Virus record (IMG/VR): IMGVR_UViG_3300027151_000002
Span: 32,001-96,000 of that record
DNA: 64,000 bases
DNA from: a virus
Strand: one strand, 5' to 3'
A program made the position numbers and the translations under genes. Shown here one piece after another: positions 10,901 to 20,110 of the stretch. The first letter of the stretch is position 1, and each line of letters starts with the position of its first letter. The notes under the pieces were generated by a model. The model was not told the DNA's origin, ran no database searches, and saw only the letters and a list, made by a program, of their open reading frames with translations.

Positions 10901-11663
10901 CAGCCGCCTTTATACGATTTCACGGGAGGTGCAAATTTCTGCCCTCTTTAATCAAGGGAATATTTTAGAGGACAGTTATAAAGAAGAATTCCTTGACTAT
11001 GGCGATAACACGCAGGATTTAATTGCCACCATTGTTTATCGAGATACGGCGAATGATAAAGTTTTTCCTCAGAACACTAGCGTTCAAATTCATAAAGACG
11101 ATGCGGAGTTTGATGAAAGCTTGAGCATTCGTCAAACCTTTGACTTATCTGCTTTTGTAAGCAGCAGAGAGCAAGCAATTAAATATGGCAAGCTTCTTTG
11201 TCAGCAACGTCGATATTCTCGTCGTGCCATTGAATTTAAGACATTCCCCACTGAAAGTCCAGTTGCTCCTGGTTCATATATTTACGTGCAGCTAGATCAA
11301 AACCAATGGGATGACATTAGAAGCGGCATCGTTGAAGAAGAAGGCAAGCTTAATATTCCACTGGCTGAAGAAGCTGTAAATGGCAGTTTTACCGTGCTGC
11401 TTTACAACGGCCAAGACTCGCCCACAAAACTGTCTTCCGTTCCCATTGCTAATAACCAATCGTCTGAATTAGCGGGCTATGAAGGGTGGTTGTTTGTGCT
11501 TGGCATAGAGCTAACGAAAAAACGTGTTTTCCGCGTAACTGGTGTGTCAATGGAAGAAGAAGGAGAAATTACAATTAGTGCCGTCGAACATCAGTGCGAC
11601 GAAATTGGAGGAGCTACGTTGTCTAAGATTGCTCATTTTGATGACGTCTTCTTAGTTGAATAG
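7959..11663 (+). CDS. central tail / baseplate hub protein (gpJ-like) with a coiled-coil insertion
   Basis: 1234 aa; GEPINLIY motif, STSYAPEIFLD, C-terminal FRVTGVSMEEEGEITISAVEH typical of J-like hubs. Confidence 0.7.
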   Translation: MRKLLPYERALIDALQISEEEYWQFYLARLNYRDEKQGTILDVRMGTGAEWALAAAIVSIVGTVAQVAATLLAPKPEIPGQKMGSQSRNPFFAPRYGFNSLQEVARYGEPINLIYTNTDENKAAGGLRVNTSLVWSAVHSFGTSQYMQMLAVIGAGPVQSFDYGRTAFGQTPLRDLASQRYFLYANEAEGRLSFKDKKFPSDVSVASDPIYTTENDLICSVIKNGQNRAQGYSQAFSPTTSSSLGLYDVVPLRVQVEDRDDEGRLRQDSLGINVTEGRGIYWPSTWPSTGVRPSFPVGNRLTISFSEDDNKPTEQVQRAALDLRSAYIGVFDSASTYKIGAAKFKLVADNIRSGVDIEGTFIFECTESGVLCEEDYSTQRYQQNEEDLRRQKREAEELIATLNAEKGAAFAERFTGPGSDRIAAFDAELEEIDNAIESATAVLKGNLSNSELLNVIKDEGAFKDIRDTIDKIENEIKVLNDEIENLQDEISDILEIAPGSRTNRQKERLKEAKKEKKDKINKKKEKRVQLRDEFARLSTRAIEQGLYDSNKNTNLREERKALKARRRAITKKRTEVASAVDRDSSAEAVSQSAWTASYDAAVANLNQITRLLKNENSWNDYFNTKCIAKIDEIRYECVTKCEVVNFAFKAKVFQRIQGRMNKYAEEDQQGHKDSDNGVRNRTAMFWLWYKKSDEETYKLVPYVIGVRNGKELDTYVGLRFIAPSKEKWQFKLEPIVDLAAELRTRNNGADMPMIYLRTSGYGGSINGQTIDLGGGFSIVYKGKSAENTRRGIPPLNRAPKFVDEWGLFSLRSDTQISFSFESGAEINLVAVTEQQQQDLTDFTYKDISMLGLNIYSGQGVRDLRSLSAWVNKGKKVRKIIDVDGNYADVLSESTSYAPEIFLDSVLDKENGITAYANINGIDKKQLGISQQFCKVNELFMDGVIADPASWREFWSQVAPFSLLEFARIGGKETLIPAVPYDSRLYTISREVQISALFNQGNILEDSYKEEFLDYGDNTQDLIATIVYRDTANDKVFPQNTSVQIHKDDAEFDESLSIRQTFDLSAFVSSREQAIKYGKLLCQQRRYSRRAIEFKTFPTESPVAPGSYIYVQLDQNQWDDIRSGIVEEEGKLNIPLAEEAVNGSFTVLLYNGQDSPTKLSSVPIANNQSSELAGYEGWLFVLGIELTKKRVFRVTGVSMEEEGEITISAVEHQCDEIGGATLSKIAHFDDVFLVE

Positions 11664-11698
11664 AAACGTTGCTATCATAAACAAAAAGCTTTAAGACG

Positions 11699-12118
11699 AT
11701 GCCCTTTTATACCGGCCGTACTGGCAAGCTAAAGATTGGCACTAACCAAGTATCAAAAGTTCGCAACTGGACTCTTGATACTTCCGTAAACATGCTGGAT
11801 ACTACGGCTTTAGGGGATACTGCCAATACTTTCACTCCTGGCTTGTCTAGCGCCACTGGTAGCGCCACGTTGTCGTACTACAACGGCGATACCACTGATG
11901 TGACCGATCTTCTTACAAGGATTGCCAAAACTGGTGCGGTCACTGACGCTGACGTGGCTGCCCTCACTTTTGAAGTGGGACCGGATCAATACTTTACGGC
12001 TAATGCTTTCATTAACAGTGCAAGCATCACATCATCCACTGATGAGCTTACCACTGTCTCGTTTAACTTTACAATTAATGGCGCTCTAACTGCTGTTGTG
12101 CTTACTGGCACTGCTTGA
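11699..12118 (+). CDS. tail-tube-fold structural protein
   Basis: VRNWTLDTSVNMLDTTALGD and SFNFTING beta-sandwich pattern typical of tail tube proteins. Confidence 0.55.
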   Translation: MPFYTGRTGKLKIGTNQVSKVRNWTLDTSVNMLDTTALGDTANTFTPGLSSATGSATLSYYNGDTTDVTDLLTRIAKTGAVTDADVAALTFEVGPDQYFTANAFINSASITSSTDELTTVSFNFTINGALTAVVLTGTA

Positions 12119-12167
12119 TATGATGCTGTTATTGTTCGTACAATAGAATAATCAATGCTGAGGCGAA

Positions 12168-13178
12168 ATGACATTCTTTGTTGGCCATACAGGCGCGATT
12201 AAGCTTCAGCGTGGTGGAGAGAATGTTTTCACTGCTGCCATTTCGCCTGATGATGTTAATACCGCGTTAAACCGCTTTAGTTTTGACGATAGTGATAGGA
12301 ACATAATTGCTGGAGATTTTTTAGAAATTAGCACGGAAGACCCTAGGGGCCTTCTGTTTATGCCCGCTTCTTTTTGGAGCGTTCCGGGGCCGGATGTTGA
12401 TGGTTATAGCGAAGTGGTATGGAATGATAATGCCACTGTTGGTTTAGCTGGATGGCAAGATGATGAGATGGGCTTTTCATCTGAATTACCTCCGGAGGGA
12501 TACACTGAATATCGCATGAGTCCATATCAAGTGCCAAAAAATGCACGGGCCTATGCTCACATTAATCAACTAGGAGGTATTCGCCTTTTTGATAGCTTTG
12601 AAAGTGCCATTAATAATGAGCGAGCAGATGAATATGCGTTGGCCCAGTTTTACGGCGAATCATTGCCAGTTACGATTGGAGTGAAAGACACTAGGTATAA
12701 CACACTGGGCTCTGTTACATCGTTTGAAATAAATACTGACAGGGCTGCGATGGAGACGACAAGCTTGTCGGACACCTTTAAGCAGCAGTATTCAGCAGGA
12801 TTACTCAGTGGCAATGGAAGCATCGAATGTTTGTTTAGTTATGACACTATTCCAAGACAGGACACACCACTATTCTTGCTGCAAGTTATTAACAGAATAA
12901 ATATTGGCAGTGCATTTAAAGCTTTGCTTTCGATTTCGTCGGTAGATAGATCACCAAGCTTTAGAGAAGAAGTTTATTACGAAGTTGAGGCAGTTGTAAC
13001 AAGGGCGGGTGTAACTGTAACGTCTGACGCCTTAGTGGCTTGTTCCATTGATTTTGTTACCACTGGGGAATTCAAGCTTCGCGTGGGAATACCAACTGAG
13101 TTCATCTTGAAAGAAGATGATGATGCCATTTATCTTGAGCAAAGCCTTGATTATCTGCTGCAGGAACCCAGTGATTAA
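12168..13178 (+). CDS. tail-tube-fold structural protein with insertion
   Basis: N-terminus and VTSFEINTDRAAMETTSLSD...SIDFVTTG resemble the 11699 protein. Confidence 0.5.
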   Translation: MTFFVGHTGAIKLQRGGENVFTAAISPDDVNTALNRFSFDDSDRNIIAGDFLEISTEDPRGLLFMPASFWSVPGPDVDGYSEVVWNDNATVGLAGWQDDEMGFSSELPPEGYTEYRMSPYQVPKNARAYAHINQLGGIRLFDSFESAINNERADEYALAQFYGESLPVTIGVKDTRYNTLGSVTSFEINTDRAAMETTSLSDTFKQQYSAGLLSGNGSIECLFSYDTIPRQDTPLFLLQVINRINIGSAFKALLSISSVDRSPSFREEVYYEVEAVVTRAGVTVTSDALVACSIDFVTTGEFKLRVGIPTEFILKEDDDAIYLEQSLDYLLQEPSD

Positions 13179-13254
13179 TTTAAGGGATGAGGGGGAGTCA
13201 TAATAGCTATTATCGTTTAAGACTAGACTGTATTTAGCACTGCCTTTTTGAGAG

Positions 13255-16200
13255 ATGGCCGATCAAAGAATTACGGAACTCGTCGAACTTCCTCAGGGAG
13301 GCGTAGCTTCTAACGACGTACTACCCATTTCGGACGTTAGCGCCAGTCAAACCAAGAAGGTGCAAGTGAAGAGCCTGATCCAGGCAGGCTTTAACATTGC
13401 TGACGCTTCAACTCTTGATATTTCAAAGATTAATCAAGCCAGTATTGCAAAACTTACTGGCTCTTCCATTGCCCCTAATACGCTCACTTATGACAAGATA
13501 CAGCAAGTAAGCGCTAATAAGCTTCTAGGTCGCAGTAGTTCTACTGGCAATGTAGAAGAGATTGATTGCACTGTTTATATTCGCACTCTTCTTGATGATG
13601 CCAATGCTGCTGGTGCACGTTCCACATTGGAATTGGGAATAGTTGCCACTGGCAACACTATCAATACCAGTCTTCTTGAAGACTTAAGCATTACCACTGG
13701 TAAGATCAATAATTTAGCAGTTACGGCCGCAAAGCTTGCTAGCGGCGCGGTAGAAACAGCCAAGATTTTTGATGGTGCTGTCACTTCTGCAAAAATTGAA
13801 ACCAGTGGCATTACAGGGAATAATGTAAGTGCTGGCGCCATTGATACTGTTCATCTAGCTGCAAGTGGCATTACGCTTGCAAAAATGGCAGCCAATTCAG
13901 TTGGCACCATTCAATTAGTTGATAGTGGCATTACGCAGGCAAAATTGGCCAGTGGCGCCATCTCTTCAGCAAATATCGCCGACAGTGGCATCACGCAAAT
14001 TAAGCTTGCTAGTGGCGCTGTAAATACAATCAATTTGGTTGACAGTGGAATCACTGCCGCGAAATTAGCTTCCGGCGCTGTCACCATTGAAAAATTGGCG
14101 CTTGCTTCCGGCGAGCTATCGGGCGTAGTAATCACTGCGAGTTCCATTCCTTCTGGAAGCTATACAAGTGGTTCCATTCCAACTGCAGCCATTGAAGATA
14201 ATGCCGTCACTTTTGCCAAGATTCAACAAGTGGCAAGTGGCGTGCTGCTTGGTCGAGCATCTGCTGGTAGCGGCAACGTAGAAAGCATCACACTTACTGC
14301 GGCAGGCAGGGCATTGTTGGATGATGCTGATGCCACTGCACAGCGCACTACGCTTGGACTTGGTTCGTTAGCCGTAAAAAATACAGTAGGAAGTGGAGAT
14401 TATGACTCTTCTTCCATTGTCACTGGAAACATTGCCGACAGTGCAATCACCACTGCAAAGCTTGCTGATAGTGGCGTTACTACTGTCAAAATTGTAGATG
14501 CAAACGTTACGGCAGACAAGCTTGCTAGTAATTCTGTTACTACAGCCAAGATTATTGACGGTGGCGTTACAACTGCCAAGATTGCTGACGGAGCTGTTTC
14601 TTACGCAAAAATTCAAGCCACTTCTACAAGCAATGTGTTGCTTGGTCGCTCTTCAGCAAGTGGCGGTACTGTAGAAGAAATCTCTTGCACTTCTGCGGCG
14701 CGTTCTATTCTTGATGATGCAACTATTGCTGATATTCGCTCCACTCTTGGTCTTGGCACATTAGCCACGCAAAACGGCACCTTTACTGGTACGTCCACTG
14801 GTACTAATACTGGCGACCAGACCATCACGCTTTCTGGAGATGTTACAGGCACTGGCACAGGGGCGTTTGCTGCCACTATCGCCACTTCTGCAGTCACTTC
14901 AGCAAAGATTAATGACGGGGCTGTTACCACTGCAAAAATTGCGGATGGTGCTGTTACCAGCGCCAAGATGGCGAATAATTCTGCTGCCATTGTTGCTGGC
15001 TCCACTCCTGTTGGTAGTGGCATCTTTATTGGCCAGCAATGGCTAAATACTGGCACTGGCGTTGAATACACTTGGACGGGAAGTGAATGGCAGCGACAGT
15101 CTGGTCTTTCCACTGCTGTCATCTCTGGCGACACTGTTTACAGCTTTACCACCTCCTATCCTGATGCCTTCAGTGCATCCATTGTTCCTTCGTTAAACAC
15201 GCAAGTTGCCACGCGCTTCTTTGCTGGTCCTGCAAGCGGCAGTGCTGATGCTGCTCCGACTTTCCGTGCCATCACCGCCAATGATCTTCCTAGGGCTACC
15301 ACGGCAGCATTAGGCGTAGCTCAAGCTGGTACGGGCCTAGTAACTGTCAGCGGCATCTTTAACCACGCGAATAGCGTGGCGTCTGGCATCTATTACAAAG
15401 TAACAGTGGATGCACAGGGGCACGTTAGTGCTGGTCAGACAAGCTTGGTTGCGGATGACATTCCGTCTCTTCCTGCAAGCAAAATTACTACTGGCACATT
15501 TGGTAGTGGCTTAATTGCGGATGATTCCATTCTTGCTTCTAAACTTGCAAACTATTCAGTGAGTCAGTTTGGCGAAGCACCGCCGGTTGCTGATTTTATT
15601 GGACAATTCTTCTTCAATCCATTGGAGAAAGACCTTTACTTATGGGATGGTAACGTTTGGAACCCTGTTGGCATTAGCGTTGGCGAAATCATCTTTGGTG
15701 GCACATATAACGCAAGCGGAAATATTATTGCTAGCACCAGTAGCGATGGTGCTGCTGTTGGTTTAACCGTTGGGCAACCACTTCCCACTCCTTCTGCCAC
15801 GTTTAATCGTTATTACGTGGTGGTAGCAAGCGGTGGTACTGGCACTTCGCCTGCTCCTGCTACTACTTTGCAGCCGCCCGACATTCTGCTTTGCAATGGT
15901 GCTGCTTGGACTGAAGTGGATGTTAGCTCCACTTATCTTTCGCAGAGCGCTGCGCAGGTGTCCTTTACTCCTGCTGCAAGCATTTCTGCAAGCAACGTAC
16001 AAGCTGCCATTGAAGAAGTTAGCAACGAATGTAGGAATGTTAATAACGTAGCGAGCGGCATTCTTGCCACTGGTTATGGCGGAACAAGCTTTAATTCCTA
16101 CACGAAGGGTGATCTTCTTGTTGGCAGTGGAACCACTCTTGTCAAGCAAGCAGTGGGAACAAATGGGCAAGTATTGACGGCTAATTCTGCGTTTGGTGGC

Positions 16201-16803
16201 GGTGTTCAGTGGGTGACGCCTGCAAGTGGCACAGTTCTTTCAGTGAGCGTTAATGCTCCGCTCACTGTTGTTAGCGGCACCACAACGCCAGTTATTTCCA
16301 TCCCTGACGCTACGACAAGCGTGCGTGGCACCGTTCAGCTCACTGACAGCACGAGCACTACTAGCTCTACGCTTGCTGCCACTGCCACTGCAGTAAAGAG
16401 CGCTTATGACCTGGCTAATGCAGCATTGCCCAAAGCTGGTGGGACTATTACTGGTGCCGTTACATTCGGGACGACAGGCACGCTTTTCTTTGAGGGCGCC
16501 ACTGATAACGCTTTTGAAATTCAGCTTACTGCTGCTGATGCCACGGCGGACAGGACAATCACGCTTCCCAACGTCACTGGCACTGTTGTCACTACTGGTG
16601 ATACTGGCACAGTCACCAATACAATGCTTGCTGGCAGCATTGCTGATACCAAACTTAATACTATTTCCACCGCTGGAAAAGTTAGTAATAGCGCCACCAC
16701 TGCTACCAGCGCTAACACTGCTAGCGCAATTGTCGCTCGCGATGCAAGTGGTAATTTCTCTGCTGGTACTATTGATGCCATCATTGATGAAGGCACGTTC
16801 TAA
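13255..16803 (+). CDS. long tail fibre, repeat-rich (1182 aa)
   Basis: MADQRITEL N-terminus; many VTTAKIADGA/ITQAKLASGA repeats; three KIQ..LLGR..S.G.VE.I...R.LLDDA blocks; DATTSVRGTVQL fibre motif. Confidence 0.75.
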   Translation: MADQRITELVELPQGGVASNDVLPISDVSASQTKKVQVKSLIQAGFNIADASTLDISKINQASIAKLTGSSIAPNTLTYDKIQQVSANKLLGRSSSTGNVEEIDCTVYIRTLLDDANAAGARSTLELGIVATGNTINTSLLEDLSITTGKINNLAVTAAKLASGAVETAKIFDGAVTSAKIETSGITGNNVSAGAIDTVHLAASGITLAKMAANSVGTIQLVDSGITQAKLASGAISSANIADSGITQIKLASGAVNTINLVDSGITAAKLASGAVTIEKLALASGELSGVVITASSIPSGSYTSGSIPTAAIEDNAVTFAKIQQVASGVLLGRASAGSGNVESITLTAAGRALLDDADATAQRTTLGLGSLAVKNTVGSGDYDSSSIVTGNIADSAITTAKLADSGVTTVKIVDANVTADKLASNSVTTAKIIDGGVTTAKIADGAVSYAKIQATSTSNVLLGRSSASGGTVEEISCTSAARSILDDATIADIRSTLGLGTLATQNGTFTGTSTGTNTGDQTITLSGDVTGTGTGAFAATIATSAVTSAKINDGAVTTAKIADGAVTSAKMANNSAAIVAGSTPVGSGIFIGQQWLNTGTGVEYTWTGSEWQRQSGLSTAVISGDTVYSFTTSYPDAFSASIVPSLNTQVATRFFAGPASGSADAAPTFRAITANDLPRATTAALGVAQAGTGLVTVSGIFNHANSVASGIYYKVTVDAQGHVSAGQTSLVADDIPSLPASKITTGTFGSGLIADDSILASKLANYSVSQFGEAPPVADFIGQFFFNPLEKDLYLWDGNVWNPVGISVGEIIFGGTYNASGNIIASTSSDGAAVGLTVGQPLPTPSATFNRYYVVVASGGTGTSPAPATTLQPPDILLCNGAAWTEVDVSSTYLSQSAAQVSFTPAASISASNVQAAIEEVSNECRNVNNVASGILATGYGGTSFNSYTKGDLLVGSGTTLVKQAVGTNGQVLTANSAFGGGVQWVTPASGTVLSVSVNAPLTVVSGTTTPVISIPDATTSVRGTVQLTDSTSTTSSTLAATATAVKSAYDLANAALPKAGGTITGAVTFGTTGTLFFEGATDNAFEIQLTAADATADRTITLPNVTGTVVTTGDTGTVTNTMLAGSIADTKLNTISTAGKVSNSATTATSANTASAIVARDASGNFSAGTIDAIIDEGTF

Positions 16804-16877
16804 TCATTAGAAAACAAAAGCCTTTTAGAATTGCAAGAGACTAATTTGTCTCCTGTAATTCTGGAAGGCTTTTAATT

Positions 16878-18665
16878 ATGGCTGGTGTTCTTCAGCATCT
16901 GCGTTCATCGACGCTTAACAAGCGCCCTAATCCTGCGTCCATGGTTGATGGACAATTGGCCATTAACTATGCAAGTGGTAGTCCTGGAGCATTCTTTAAG
17001 GATACCAATGGTAATTTAGTGAAAGTGGGGCCTGTGCATGTTGGCGCAACGGCTCCTAATGTTAGTCCTGCAAGTGGCGGCACTGCTGGTAATAGCCTTG
17101 GCGAGCAATGGCTTGATACCAGTGGCGGCACTTATGTGTTTAAGATTTGGGACGGTGCTGCATGGCGCAGTGAGGCTGGTGAGTTTGTAAACGTCACTGG
17201 CGACACGATGACTGGTGCGTTTGGTGTTGTCGCGGGCTCAGATTCCACGCCAGGACTATTTATTAGCGGGGACGCAAATACTGGTATTTACTCTCCTGGT
17301 GCAGACCAGCTAGCTCTAACCACTAATGGCACTGGGCGACTGTTTATTGACAGTTCAGGTCGTGTAGGGATTGGCACTACGAGCCCCGCATCAAAACTCG
17401 ACGTATCTGGAGACATAAATTATTCGGGCGATATAGGCACAAGCGGAAATGGCTTTATTTACTCCTACGGTGGAGGATCGCTTGGTGATGTCCGAACTGG
17501 ACTTAAGCTTGATGGACAAAATAAAGCTTTCTTAGTTTTCACTGATGCTTTAGAACGCGCCCGCATCGACAGCTCCGGCAGGCTCTTAGTTGGTACGTCT
17601 ACTGCGGATACAGCAAATGGCACGGCGCCTTTGCAAATCAGCACTGAAGGTAATACCGCAGATAGCGGAATCTTTATCCGCAACAGTAGTTCAGTAGCCT
17701 TTGCGGCTCAATTAAGGCTTGGTAGTTCTCGCGGAACCAAAGCAAGCCCCTCAAGCGTGGCAAGCGGAGATACTCTTACTGAGATTCATGGAGCGGGATA
17801 CGACGGCAGCGCCTGGATTCGTGCTGCAAGCATAGGAGTTGTTGTAGACGGCACCCCTGGCACTAGTGACATGCCAGGCCGAATCATACTGAGCACGACC
17901 TCCGACGGGGCGAGTACTCCAACGGAGCGGATGAGGATTGGGAGTACTGGACGAGTTACTATTCAGAACAATACTGGTTCTTACGATGCCGGAGGCAGCG
18001 GTCCTGGCCTAGAAATATTTGCTGGCCAGGAAGTTGGTCGCTATTCATATCACTTCGGAGCTTACGTTACTGGGGGCGCAATTGGTCCTTATATTAGAAG
18101 CGCACAAAACAGTAATTGGGCATCACCAGTTAATCTCGCTATTTTACATAATACTGGCTCATCATTTTGGTCAAACTTACTACCTGCAACAGATAATACT
18201 TATTCTTGTGGGGGATCAGCAGCTCGCTGGACAGCTATTTGGGCTGTCAACGGAGCCATCCAAACATCAGATATTCGTGACAAAACGGAAATTCGGCCTA
18301 TTGAAAATGGTATTGATTTTATCAAGCGCCTCCGGCCTATTACCTACAAATGGAAGATTGGTGGATATGAAATAGAGCGCGATGAAGACGGTGCTCCCAT
18401 TCCAGACGAAAACGGAAATCCAAGGCAGCATCCCGTTCCCGGTAATCGTACGCACTGGGGATTTGCATCTCAAGAGGTCAAGACAGTCGCCGACGAGTTC
18501 GGTATTGACTTTGGCGGATGGGTGTTAACCGATAAAAACGATCCCGACAGCCAGCAGGCTCTGCGTTACGACCAGTTCATTGCACCGCTGACCAAGGCTC
18601 TGCAGGAGGCGTTGGCTGAGATCGACGTACTTAAGGCCAAAGTTGCAGCTCTTGAAAGCGCGTAG
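16878..18665 (+). CDS. tail fibre/receptor-binding protein with C-terminal peptidase S74 intramolecular chaperone
   Basis: RIDSSGR(V/L)..GT repeats; TSDIRDK...LRPITYKW...GFASQEV...LRYDQFIAPLTKALQE coiled-coil end. Confidence 0.85.
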   Translation: MAGVLQHLRSSTLNKRPNPASMVDGQLAINYASGSPGAFFKDTNGNLVKVGPVHVGATAPNVSPASGGTAGNSLGEQWLDTSGGTYVFKIWDGAAWRSEAGEFVNVTGDTMTGAFGVVAGSDSTPGLFISGDANTGIYSPGADQLALTTNGTGRLFIDSSGRVGIGTTSPASKLDVSGDINYSGDIGTSGNGFIYSYGGGSLGDVRTGLKLDGQNKAFLVFTDALERARIDSSGRLLVGTSTADTANGTAPLQISTEGNTADSGIFIRNSSSVAFAAQLRLGSSRGTKASPSSVASGDTLTEIHGAGYDGSAWIRAASIGVVVDGTPGTSDMPGRIILSTTSDGASTPTERMRIGSTGRVTIQNNTGSYDAGGSGPGLEIFAGQEVGRYSYHFGAYVTGGAIGPYIRSAQNSNWASPVNLAILHNTGSSFWSNLLPATDNTYSCGGSAARWTAIWAVNGAIQTSDIRDKTEIRPIENGIDFIKRLRPITYKWKIGGYEIERDEDGAPIPDENGNPRQHPVPGNRTHWGFASQEVKTVADEFGIDFGGWVLTDKNDPDSQQALRYDQFIAPLTKALQEALAEIDVLKAKVAALESA

Positions 18666-18685
18666 TCCACATCGCTACTAGCTCT

Positions 18686-18715
18686 GGCGGTTTCCCGAAG
18701 AAACCGCCTTCTTTT
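18686..18715 (+). terminator. intrinsic terminator
   Basis: GGCGGTTTC-CCGAA-GAAACCGCC hairpin followed by TTCTTTT. Confidence 0.75.
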
Positions 18716-18751
18716 CCATTGCTAAACTAACGAAGACCATTCTTTCTGATC

Positions 18752-19063
18752 ATGGCAATTACTTACACATGGGCGGTGGCCAATATGGACCGCACGCTTT
18801 CAAATGGTTACGTGGGCACTGTTCACTATACAATTTCTGCCGATGATGGCACCTATGCAAGTTCGGCCTATGGCAGTCTTGGTCTTGAAGCTCCTGACGA
18901 GGACAATGCCATTCCTTACGCTCAGCTCACTCCCGAAATTGTCATCGGCTGGGTGAAAGAAAAGTTTGGCGATGAGAAAGTAGCAGAAATTGAAGCTGCT
19001 CTTGCCGTTCAAATTGAACAGCAACGTACTCCCACCACTGGCACTGGTCTTCCTTGGGCTTGA
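18752..19063 (+). CDS. tail-fibre-associated small protein
   Basis: MAITYTW...IPYAQLT.E.V.GWVK...GLPW pattern typical of small genes following cyanophage fibres. Confidence 0.55.
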   Translation: MAITYTWAVANMDRTLSNGYVGTVHYTISADDGTYASSAYGSLGLEAPDEDNAIPYAQLTPEIVIGWVKEKFGDEKVAEIEAALAVQIEQQRTPTTGTGLPWA

Positions 19064-19066
19064 TAA

Positions 19067-19207
19067 ATGGCAGCAAAATCAAAGATTGGTATTAGCGGTC
19101 AAAAGCTACATCAAGCTGGCAAGCCAAAGCTTACAAAGCAAGGCCAAGGAAAACATAGCAAAGCATCTCACGGCCGCAAACTTTCTCGCGGCCAAGGCAA
19201 GGGATGA
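19067..19207 (+). CDS. small basic Lys/Gly-rich protein (46 aa, not in the ORF track)
   Basis: MAAKSKIGISGQKLHQAGKPKLTKQGQGKHSKASHGRKLSRGQGKG; homologue at 46256-46393. Confidence 0.7.
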   Translation: MAAKSKIGISGQKLHQAGKPKLTKQGQGKHSKASHGRKLSRGQGKG

Positions 19208-19214
19208 TTATTTC

Positions 19215-19236
19215 AAGGAGCGTTAGCTCCTTTTTT
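19215..19236 (+). terminator. intrinsic terminator
   Basis: AAGGAGC-GTTA-GCTCCTT hairpin running into a T tract. Confidence 0.65.
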
Positions 19237-19281
19237 AATGGCAAGAACAAAGCTATAATGAAGCTAATTAGCCAGTGAGCA

Positions 19282-19854
19282 ATGATTTATCCAGCCACTT
19301 ATGACATAGTGGTATTGCAAAATGCCACTTGGAAAAATCAGTTTAGAGCCACTGAAAACCAGAAGCAAACAACAATTGATATTTCTGGAAGCACATTTAC
19401 TACTAGCTGCCATGGCTTTAACAGTGGTCAGAAAGTGGTATTTGCTGGAGGCGCATTACCTTGCGGGATGACTGACAATACTGTCTACTATGTCATTGCA
19501 AGTGGTTTAACTAACGATTCTTTCAAAGTGTCAGCTTCTTCTGGGGGAACAAGCCTAGCTCTTCATGGTACCGCTAGTGGTACGCATTACGTGAGCACTC
19601 CCATTAATTTAAGTGGATATACTGTTGATTCTGATATTCGCGGGCTTCTTGAAAATCAATATGTGGGCACTTTCTCTCCATCGTTAATTGATGCAGCAAA
19701 TGGTTTGTTTCAGCTTGAACTTTCTCCTGCCACCACTTCTGGCTTTGAAACTGGACAGTTTGGTTATGACGTGAGTCTCACTTCATCTGGAGGCGAGCGA
19801 TATTATTGGCTTACTGGCAAGATGACTGTTCAAGCCACTTATTCACGCGCTTAA
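19282..19854 (+). CDS. virion structural protein
   Basis: PINLSGYTV...YDVSL...G.MTV adaptor-like pattern with an HGF.SGQKVVF insertion. Confidence 0.5.
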   Translation: MIYPATYDIVVLQNATWKNQFRATENQKQTTIDISGSTFTTSCHGFNSGQKVVFAGGALPCGMTDNTVYYVIASGLTNDSFKVSASSGGTSLALHGTASGTHYVSTPINLSGYTVDSDIRGLLENQYVGTFSPSLIDAANGLFQLELSPATTSGFETGQFGYDVSLTSSGGERYYWLTGKMTVQATYSRA

Positions 19855-19858
19855 TTTC

Positions 19859-20110
19859 ATGCCGGAAGTATCTCTCATTTCGACTGCTAATGGCAGTGTT
19901 GCATTAATTGGCGAAAATAATACAGGGTCTAGCGCCATCTTTTCTAGCGATGATGGCAATGCTGTTATCGTCAGTGCTTCAAGCACTAATGCAGCTATCA
20001 TTAATAGTGATTCCGTTGCTTCTTCTATGGTGGTTGCGTCTTCAGTTGGAGCGCAAGGACCACAAGGAGACAACGATAACGCTATTGCTTATTCCATTGC
20101 TTTAGGATGA
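19859..20110 (+). CDS. small structural protein
   Basis: Ser/Ala-rich, short GAQGPQG collagen-like stretch, C-terminal AIAYSIALG. Confidence 0.5.
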   Translation: MPEVSLISTANGSVALIGENNTGSSAIFSSDDGNAVIVSASSTNAAIINSDSVASSMVVASSVGAQGPQGDNDNAIAYSIALG

